From: an uncultured Alphaproteobacteria bacterium
Lineage (GTDB): Bacteria > Pseudomonadota > Alphaproteobacteria > Rhizobiales > Xanthobacteraceae
Assembly: GCA_963821175.1 (NCBI GenBank)
Contig: CAWGCU010000030.1
Location: 549 to 64,548, forward strand
Reading direction: 5' to 3'
Length of the DNA: 64,000 bases
A program made the translations under genes and the position numbers. Of this stretch, positions 57,468 through 64,000 are shown one piece after another (position 1 is the stretch's first letter; every line of letters starts with the position of its first letter). Under the pieces are notes generated by a model, which saw nothing but the letters and a program-made list of their open reading frames with translations, ran no database searches and was not told where the DNA came from.

Positions 57468-58450
57468 GGCGGCGGCAATTCATCACGCTTCTCGGCGGCG
57501 GTGCCGCGGCAGCGTGGCCGTGCGCCGCACGCGCGCAACAAGCGGCGATACCGGTGGTTGGGTTCCTCAACAGCCGATCAGCAACCGAGGCTGCGTATCT
57601 TGTAGCTGCGTTTCGCCAGGGTCTTCGCGAAGCCGGATATAACGAGGGCCGCGACCTTACAATTGAATATCGCTGGGCTGACGGTCAATACGACCGGTTG
57701 CCAACACTCGCCGCAGAACTCGTGAATGACCATGTGGCGGTAATCGCTGCGACCGGCGGCGCTGCTTCAGGGTTGGCGGCCAGGAGGGTCACGACGGCGA
57801 TACCGATCGTCTTCATCAGTGGCGATGACCCCATCACAGCCGGTCTCGTCAGCAGCCTCAACCGGCCCGGCGGCAACGTCACGGGAATTGGAGTGTTGTC
57901 GAATCAACTGGGCGCAAAGCGGCTGGAATTACTGCATCAACTCGTACCCAGTGCTCCGGCAATCGCCTTTCTGTTAAATCCGACCTATTCGTCCTCGCAA
58001 GCGCAGTTGGACGACGCGGCGGGCGCGGCACGCTCGCTAGGCATTGAGTTGCAGTTATTGAAGGCCAGCAGTCCAGGCGAAATCGATACCGCCTTTGCAA
58101 ATCTCGTCGATGGGCCGGCCAAGGCTCTGCTTGTCGGTGTCGATCCCTTCTTCACTAGTCGACGCGAGCAGATCATAGCTCTGGTGGCTCGTCACGCGAT
58201 TCCGGCGATCTATTACTATCGGGAGTTCGCCGCCGCCGGCGGCCTGATGAGCTACGCGCCGAGCCTGGTGGACGGATATCGGCTGACCGGAGTCTATTGC
58301 GGCCGCATTCTCAAAGGTGAGAAACCTGGCGACATCCCGGTGGTACTGCCGACAAAATTCGAGTTCGTCATCAACCTCAAGACCACAAAAGCGCTTGGGC
58401 TCACATTTCCGCCCGGTCTCCTCGCCATCGCCGATGAGGTGATCGAATGA
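57464..58450 (+). CDS. PF04392-type ABC substrate-binding protein, array member 3
   Basis: Intact 328-aa ORF, MRRRQFITLLGGGAAAAWP... to ...LAIADEVIE, with an ATGA overlap at both ends. Confidence 0.85.
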   Translation: MRRRQFITLLGGGAAAAWPCAARAQQAAIPVVGFLNSRSATEAAYLVAAFRQGLREAGYNEGRDLTIEYRWADGQYDRLPTLAAELVNDHVAVIAATGGAASGLAARRVTTAIPIVFISGDDPITAGLVSSLNRPGGNVTGIGVLSNQLGAKRLELLHQLVPSAPAIAFLLNPTYSSSQAQLDDAAGAARSLGIELQLLKASSPGEIDTAFANLVDGPAKALLVGVDPFFTSRREQIIALVARHAIPAIYYYREFAAAGGLMSYAPSLVDGYRLTGVYCGRILKGEKPGDIPVVLPTKFEFVINLKTTKALGLTFPPGLLAIADEVIE

Positions 58451-59440
58451 GACGGCGCGACCTCATAACTCTCGCCAGTGGCGCGGCGGCAGCAGCGCTG
58501 CTGCGGCCGCGCGCGGCGCCCGCGCAGCAGCCGGCGATGCCGGTGGTCGGATTCCTCAACGCCGAATTCGGCCGACGGGTACCGGCCCATGGCGGACGCA
58601 TTCCTTCAGGCCCTGCAAGAAGCCGGCTATGTCGAGGGCCACAACGTGGCAATCGAGTACCGCTGGGCGGAGGGCCACATTGATCGGCTGCCGGCGATGG
58701 CGGCCGATCTGGTTCATCGTCAAGTGACGGTGATTGCCGCGACCACCACCCCGGCGGCGCTTGCGGCAAAGGCAGCAACCACGACCATTCCGATCGTCTT
58801 CGAAACGGCCTCCGACCCGGTTCGGCTCGGCCTCGTCGCCAGCCTTAACCGGCCGGGCGGCAACGTCACCGGCGTCAGCCAATTGAACGTGGAGGTAGCG
58901 CCGAAGCGGCTGGAACTGCTGCACGAGCTGCTGCCGACGGCGAGCGTCTTGGCTCTGCTGGTCAACCCGGCAAGTCCCGCTCTTGCCGAGACCCAATCGA
59001 GTGATTTTCTGGCGGCGGCCCATACCCTCGGGCTGGAACTCCATGTGCTCAATGCCAGCACCGAAGGTGACTTCGATGGTGTCTTCGAAAACCTGATCCA
59101 ATCGCGGGCAGGCGGGCTCGTGATCAGCACTGATCCATTCTTCACGAGCCGGAGCGAACAGCTTGCCGCACTGGCGGCACGCCACGCGGTGCCCGCGATC
59201 TACAAAGGACGCGAGTTCGCTGTGGCCGGAGGTCTGCTGAGCTACGGAGCTGACGTTACGAGCACATTCCGTTTGGCGGGCACCTATACCGGCCGGATTC
59301 TCAAGGGCGACAAGCCTGCCGACTTGCCGATCCAGCAGTCCACGAAAGTGGAGCTGATCATCAACCTCAAGACCGCCAAGGCGCTCGGCATCACGTTCCC
59401 CCTCTCGCTGCTCGGCCGCGCCGACGAGGTGATCGAATGA
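58447..59440 (+). pseudogene. PF04392-type ABC substrate-binding protein, array member 4, one frameshift near codon 40 as sequenced
   Basis: The N-terminus MRRRDLITLASGAAAAALLRPRAAPAQQPAMPVVGFLNAE lies in ORF 58447..58683. The rest lies in ORF 58478..59440 (...ADGYRPMADAFLQALQEAGYVEGHNVAIEYRWAEG... to ...GRADEVIE). The shift lies near 58565-58575. Confidence 0.8.
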
Positions 59441-60429
59441 GGCGGCGCGAGGTCATTTCGCTCTTCGCCGGCGCGGCAGCGGTCGCGCTGGTTCGGCAAC
59501 GTACGGCGCGCGCACAGCAGCCGGCACTGCCGGTGATCGGATTCCTGCATTCCAGTTCGCCGGAGCCGATGAACAACTTCGTAGCCGCATTCCGTAAGGG
59601 CCTGAGCGAAGCGGGCTTCGTCGAGGGCCAGAACGTCGCAATCGAATTCCGATGGGCGGCTGGACAGGTTGATCGGCTACCGGAATTGGCGGCCGATCTC
59701 GTTCGCCGAGGCGTGACCGTGATCGCGACCCCGGGCAGTACGCCGGCTGCCATTGCGGCCAAAGCCGCGACCACGACCATTCCGGTCGTATTTGCCATCG
59801 GCGCCAATCCGGTCGCGCTTGGCCTCGTTGCCAGCTTTAACAATCCAGGTGGCAACGTGACCGGAGTGAGCGTCCAAAATACCGAACTTCAAGCAAAAGC
59901 GCTCGAGTTACTGCGCGAGCTGGCGCCGCGAGCCGTGCGCATCGTCGCCCTTGTCAATCCTCAATCCGCGTTCACCGAGGCAGTTGTCAAAAACTTGCAG
60001 GCCGGTGCTGCCAGTCTCGGGGTACCGATCGAAATCCTTAACGCCAGCACCGAGGGCGAGATCGAGACCGCCTTTGCGACCATCTCGCAGCGGCCCGGCA
60101 GTGCGTTGCTGGTCGGCCCAGATCCGTTTTTCACGTTCCGCCGGGCGCAAATCATCGCGTTGGCGACGCGCCAAGCGCTGCCCACGATGTATGCCTTGCG
60201 CGAATTTGCCGAAGCCGGAGGACTGATCGCATACGGACCAAATCTCACCAGTGCTTATCGAGAGGCCGGCACCTATACGGGCCGCGTCCTCAAAGGCGAA
60301 AAGCCAGCAAATATACCGGTCGAGCAACCGACGAAGTTCGAAATGGTCATCAATCTCAAGACCGCCAAGGTGCTGGGCCTGGCAATTCCAGACAAATTGC
60401 TCGCGCTCGCCGACGAGGTGATCGAATGA
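59437..60429 (+). CDS. PF04392-type ABC substrate-binding protein, array member 5
   Basis: Intact 330-aa ORF, MRRREVISLFAGAAAVAL... to ...LALADEVIE, with ATGA overlaps. Confidence 0.85.
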   Translation: MRRREVISLFAGAAAVALVRQRTARAQQPALPVIGFLHSSSPEPMNNFVAAFRKGLSEAGFVEGQNVAIEFRWAAGQVDRLPELAADLVRRGVTVIATPGSTPAAIAAKAATTTIPVVFAIGANPVALGLVASFNNPGGNVTGVSVQNTELQAKALELLRELAPRAVRIVALVNPQSAFTEAVVKNLQAGAASLGVPIEILNASTEGEIETAFATISQRPGSALLVGPDPFFTFRRAQIIALATRQALPTMYALREFAEAGGLIAYGPNLTSAYREAGTYTGRVLKGEKPANIPVEQPTKFEMVINLKTAKVLGLAIPDKLLALADEVIE

Positions 60430-61424
60430 GGCGGCGCGAGGTCATTGCGCTCTTCGGCGGCGCGGCGGCGTCGTCACTGCTGCTGCCGCCACTGACGGCG
60501 CGCGCGCAGCGGCCGGCGCTGCCGGTGGTCGGATTTCTTCGCATCGGGTCGGCCGAAGCGAACGCGCGCAGTCTGGCCGCGTTCCGCAAAGGCCTCAACG
60601 AAACCGGCTATGTCGAAGGCCAGAACGTGACGGTCGAGTACCACTGGCTGGAGGACCATTACGATCGTATGCCGGCGGTGTTGGCCGATCTGGTTCGCCG
60701 CCAAGTGGCCGTGATCGCCTTGCCCGGCAACACGCCGGCGGCACTCGCGGCCAAGGCCGCGACTGCGACGATACCGATCGTCTTCGGCGTCACCGAAGAC
60801 CCGGTCCGGCTTGGTCTTGTCACGAGCCTCGCCCAGCCCGGCGGCAACGCCACCGGCATCAATTTTTTCGTCAATGAGGTGGTGGGGAAGCGACTGCAGC
60901 TTCTGCATGAGCTGGTGCCCAAGGCCGTTCAAATCGCCGTGCTCGTCAATCCGGCCAATCCCGCAAACACCGAGGCCACGTTGCGGGACGTGCGGGAAGC
61001 GGCTCCCGCCATCGGGCTGCAAATCGAGGTCCTCAACGCCGGCACGACCGGCGAGATCGACGCGGCCTTTGCCAGCTTTGCCGGCAAACGCCCCGATGCC
61101 CTGTTCGTCGGTGGCAACGCATTCTTCACTGACCGCCGCGTGCAATTTGCCACCTTGACGGCGCGCTACGGCATCCCGGCGACTTATGCGCAGAGTGATT
61201 TTGTCTCAGCCGGCGGATTGATGAGCTACGGAACCGACCTCGCGGACACATTTCATCAGGTCGGGGTCTATACCGGCCAAATCCTCAAGGGCGCCAAGCC
61301 CGCCGATCTCCCGGTGCTGCAATCGACCAAATTCGCGTTCGCCCTCAACCTGCAAACGGCGCGCGCGCTGGGCATCGCGGTGCCGCCAGGGCTGCTCTCG
61401 ATCGCCGACGAGGTGATCGAATGA
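60426..61424 (+). CDS. PF04392-type ABC substrate-binding protein, array member 6
   Basis: Intact 332-aa ORF, MRRREVIALFGGAAASSLLL... to ...LSIADEVIE. It is followed by a vestigial ATGAGGCGGTGCGAG start at 61421. Confidence 0.85.
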   Translation: MRRREVIALFGGAAASSLLLPPLTARAQRPALPVVGFLRIGSAEANARSLAAFRKGLNETGYVEGQNVTVEYHWLEDHYDRMPAVLADLVRRQVAVIALPGNTPAALAAKAATATIPIVFGVTEDPVRLGLVTSLAQPGGNATGINFFVNEVVGKRLQLLHELVPKAVQIAVLVNPANPANTEATLRDVREAAPAIGLQIEVLNAGTTGEIDAAFASFAGKRPDALFVGGNAFFTDRRVQFATLTARYGIPATYAQSDFVSAGGLMSYGTDLADTFHQVGVYTGQILKGAKPADLPVLQSTKFAFALNLQTARALGIAVPPGLLSIADEVIE

Positions 61425-61469
61425 GGCGGTGCGAGATTCTCCCTCCCCCTTATGGCGAAGGAGAAGACG

Positions 61470-62588
61470 CTACGCCGTCTTGACGCCCAGCTCCGCCTCT
61501 TCCTTGGCGTAGGCCGCATCCATGCGTGAGGCGATGTTGTGCTTGGCGAGCTCGCTCGCAAACAGCCGGCGGATTTCCGGCTTCTCGTCGAGATAGTCGA
61601 TCTGATCGCCGCCGACGCGGCGGCTGATCCAGGCCTTCGGCACGCCTTGGGCGTTACGGATGGCGACGCCCTCGTGCTTGAAGGCGAGGTAGCGCGCCGG
61701 CGTCGTGCCGGAATTGAAGTGTTGGTGGAACCACATATTGGGCGGCACGATCATGGTGCCGACTTCCCATTTGTATTGTTGCGGCTCCTCGCCTTCGGGC
61801 CACATCAGCGAAAAACCGTCGCCGGAGAGCACGATCACATGCGCGCCCGGGCCGTGCGCATGACCCTTCTTGTAGGTGCCGATCGGGAATTGCGAGATGT
61901 GCGAGTTCATCGAGCCCTTGGCCATGTTGAAGCGGATATGGCCGCCGCCGGCGCCGCGCTCGGTCGCGGTGATCAGCGGGATGTTGACCGCATCCGGCAC
62001 GAAATTCGTCGCCAGCAAAAAGCCCTTTTGCTCGCCCTTGGAGCTGAAATAATCCGGCTCGCCGGCGAAGCGATCCTTGAAGTCGTATTTGGTGTTGAAG
62101 ATGAAATCGATGTCCTCGTAGAGATTGATCACCGGCGGCGCATTGGTGACGGCGACGTAGCGCGCCGGCTCCTTGCCGGAGCCGTTGAAGTGCTGGTGGT
62201 GGCAATTCAAGGGAATCGCGAACAGCGCGCCGTCCTTCCACTCGAAGGTGATGCGGGCGCCGGCGTCGTTCCACACCGTGGTCGAGCCACGGCCGCTCAG
62301 CACCAGGATCATCTCTTCGTAGAGCTGGCGGTGCGGGAGGAGACTCTTGCCCGGCGGAATTTCCATCACGTAGCAGTCGTTCGAGGTGCGCGAGGCGTCG
62401 TGGTTGAGGAACACCGCATTGCCGCCGCGGCGCGCCCAGGGTTTTAGCTCGACGGTGCGCAGGTTTTGCACATAGAACGACGGGATAATGTCGAGGCCTT
62501 CGGCCTTCACCCAGCGGGTATACGGCGTTTCCTTCTCGGTCTTGAACTTGCTTGCCAGTTCCTCGGAAACGACGGCATTCTTGGCCAT
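61470..62588 (-). CDS. bicupin protein (gentisate-dioxygenase-like fold)
   Basis: Intact 372-aa ORF with two cupin-like modules (...PHRQLYEEMILVLSGRG...HQHFN and ...GHAHGPGAHVIVLSGDG...WFHQHFN). Confidence 0.7.
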   Translation of the reverse strand: MAKNAVVSEELASKFKTEKETPYTRWVKAEGLDIIPSFYVQNLRTVELKPWARRGGNAVFLNHDASRTSNDCYVMEIPPGKSLLPHRQLYEEMILVLSGRGSTTVWNDAGARITFEWKDGALFAIPLNCHHQHFNGSGKEPARYVAVTNAPPVINLYEDIDFIFNTKYDFKDRFAGEPDYFSSKGEQKGFLLATNFVPDAVNIPLITATERGAGGGHIRFNMAKGSMNSHISQFPIGTYKKGHAHGPGAHVIVLSGDGFSLMWPEGEEPQQYKWEVGTMIVPPNMWFHQHFNSGTTPARYLAFKHEGVAIRNAQGVPKAWISRRVGGDQIDYLDEKPEIRRLFASELAKHNIASRMDAAYAKEEAELGVKTA

Positions 62589-62609
62589 AAGGCACTCCTT
62601 CTTGAATTT

Positions 62610-63740
62610 CTAAGCCGCGACCCGCGAAGCCACTGGCTCCGCAAGCGCCACGCATTTCTCCGCCCGCATGCGCACGTGGATGGGCTGACCGACCGGCGTC
62701 CGCAGCGAAGGATGGACGCGGGCCAATAGCACAGAGTCGCCCACTTTGACCTGGAAATCCAGATAGTCGCCAAGGAAGACTTTAGCCTCGACGACACCGG
62801 TGCAGACATTGTCGCCGTCTTCGCGCGGCGGCGCGGCCTCGAAAAGCTCAACGTCCTCGGGGCGTACCGAAATGACCACCGGCACATCCTTGGCCAGCGG
62901 CTCGACGCATTGGACGTTGAGCTCGCCGAGCGCGGTCGCGACCCCGCAGCGGCCGTTTCCGGCAGCGGCGGATGCTACCCTGCCGCCGATGAAATTGGTG
63001 CTGCCGACGAAATCGGCGACGAATTTGTTGCGCGGGCGTTCATAAATATCGCGCGGCGAGCCGATCTGGACGATGCGGCCCTGGTTCATCACCGCGATCT
63101 CGTGCGACAGCGCCAAAGCCTCACTCTGGTCGTGGGTGACGTAGATCGTGGTCAGGCCGAGATCGCGCTGCATGCGCTTGAGCTCGAAACGCATCGCCTC
63201 GCGCAGCTTGGCATCGAGGTTCGACAGCGGCTCGTCGAGCAGCAAGAGCTGCGGCTCCATGACCAGGGCGCGGGCCAGCGCCAGCCGCTGCTGCTGGCCG
63301 CCGGAGAGTTTTGTCGCATCGCGGTCGACTAGGTCGGCGAGCTGCACGGTTGCCAGCACCCGCATGACCTTCTGCTCGATCTCCTTGCGGCTCGGCCGCA
63401 CTTTGCGCACTTCGAGCGGAAACGCCACGTTCTTGAACACGTTCATGTGCGGCCAGATGGCGTAGGACTGGAACACCATGCCGAAATTACGCCGGTTGGG
63501 CGCGACGAAAATACCTGCGTCCGAGGAATAGACCACGCGGCCATCGAGCGCGATCGAGCCGGAGCGCGGCCGCTCCAGTCCGGCGATGGAGCGTAACGTC
63601 GTGGTCTTGCCGCAGCCGCTCGGGCCTAACAGCGTGAACAGCTCGCCGTCGGGCACGTCGAAGGACACGTCCTGCACGGCGTTGACCACGGCGCCGCCCG
63701 CGGCCGCATAGTCGGTATGGAGCGATTTCACGCTGAGCAC
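62610..63740 (-). CDS. ABC importer ATP-binding protein (PotA/UgpC-like, with C-terminal TOBE-type domain)
   Basis: Walker A GPSGCGKTT, signature LSGGQQQRLALARAL, Walker B LLLDEPLSNLD and a long C-terminal regulatory domain. Confidence 0.9.
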   Translation of the reverse strand: MLSVKSLHTDYAAAGGAVVNAVQDVSFDVPDGELFTLLGPSGCGKTTTLRSIAGLERPRSGSIALDGRVVYSSDAGIFVAPNRRNFGMVFQSYAIWPHMNVFKNVAFPLEVRKVRPSRKEIEQKVMRVLATVQLADLVDRDATKLSGGQQQRLALARALVMEPQLLLLDEPLSNLDAKLREAMRFELKRMQRDLGLTTIYVTHDQSEALALSHEIAVMNQGRIVQIGSPRDIYERPRNKFVADFVGSTNFIGGRVASAAAGNGRCGVATALGELNVQCVEPLAKDVPVVISVRPEDVELFEAAPPREDGDNVCTGVVEAKVFLGDYLDFQVKVGDSVLLARVHPSLRTPVGQPIHVRMRAEKCVALAEPVASRVAA

Positions 63741-63752
63741 GCACTTCCTCCC

Positions 63753-64000
63753 TTACGCGTCGACCACGCCGAACCGCCGGCCGAAAAACTCGGCCAGCAT
63801 GACGAAGCAAAATAGCACCAGGATCATCATGACGCCGAGCGCCGATAATTCAACGTATTGGCCATTCTGCCACAATTCCCAGATCGTGACCGAGACCACT
63901 TCGGTGCCGGGGCTATAGAGCAGGATCGAGCTGGCCAGTTCCCGGATCGAGACGATGACGATGTAGATCCAGCCGGCGATCAGGCCGGGTTTCAACAGCG
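63753..64000 (-). CDS. ABC transporter permease, C-terminal part (5' end beyond the window)
   Basis: ORF 63753..63995 reads ...GLIAGWIYIVIVSIRELASSILLYSPGTEV, the EAA-loop region of a binding-protein-dependent permease. The frame is open to the window edge. Confidence 0.75.
   Translation of the reverse strand, partial: LLKPGLIAGWIYIVIVSIRELASSILLYSPGTEVVSVTIWELWQNGQYVELSALGVMMILVLFCFVMLAEFFGRRFGVVDA

Noticed and set aside
61460-61480. Small hairpin AAGACG-CTACGC-CGTCTT at the bicupin stop, as a possible terminator.
   Set aside because: It has only a 6-bp stem, no U-tract, and overlaps the stop codon. This is not convincing.
1-64000. Scanned for CRISPR arrays, rRNA genes, prophage structural genes, toxin-antitoxin pairs and riboswitch-like leaders.
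   Set aside because: No regularly spaced direct repeats were recognised. The only tandem repeat seen is 3 x GAACCGT. No rRNA-like conserved stretches, and no capsid, tail, terminase or small paired ORF signatures, were recognised.

Overview
High-GC chromosomal segment that looks alphaproteobacterial, probably Bradyrhizobiaceae-like. That placement is an inference from GC-rich codon usage, nine PF04392-type orphan ABC substrate-binding paralogs (MRRRE... to ...ADEVIE) and typical palindromic intergenic repeats. Layout: (i) 1-4217 holds beta-oxidation-like genes (HDAC-family, acyl-CoA dehydrogenase, SDR, enoyl-CoA hydratase). (ii) tRNA-Gln(UUG) at 4407-4481 is followed by about 22 kb of patchy lower-GC accessory DNA ending at a P4-type integrase (25016-26203). 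This stretch contains IS debris, a MITE-like element and an IS1182/IS5-type element with perfect 32-bp terminal inverted repeats. It also contains a long minus-strand operon (17081 down to 7658): secreted Cache protein, hybrid histidine kinase, REC-REC-PP2C phosphatase, RsbW-like kinase, STAS protein, then two NCS2-type permeases that each carry an RsbW-like C-terminal tail. This operon is the most interesting candidate system in the window. (iii) 26.8-38.7 kb holds transport and catabolic genes: TctC-type SBP, RraA-like, LLM monooxygenase, two MBL-fold proteins, a NitT/TauT ABC transporter with two SBPs, a deacetylase and a cysteine hydrolase. (iv) 38.9-44.9 kb holds an IorAB-type molybdenum hydroxylase and a Sox-like set (FCSD flavoprotein, SoxX, AACIE-arm SoxY, SoxZ, SoxA). 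(v) 45.1-55.3 kb holds a TPP enzyme, an MFS transporter, UbiX-CMD-UbiD, DUF2390 and a CoxMSL-type hydroxylase. (vi) 55.5-61.4 kb holds six tandem PF04392 SBP genes joined by ATGA stop/start overlaps. (vii) 61.5-64.0 kb holds a bicupin and part of an ABC importer. Roughly a third of the genes are interrupted by frameshifts, and these are strongly clustered. All pseudogene calls therefore mean 'as sequenced' and may reflect local consensus errors. No rRNA, CRISPR array or phage structural genes were seen. All homology statements come from motif recognition by eye, not database searches.
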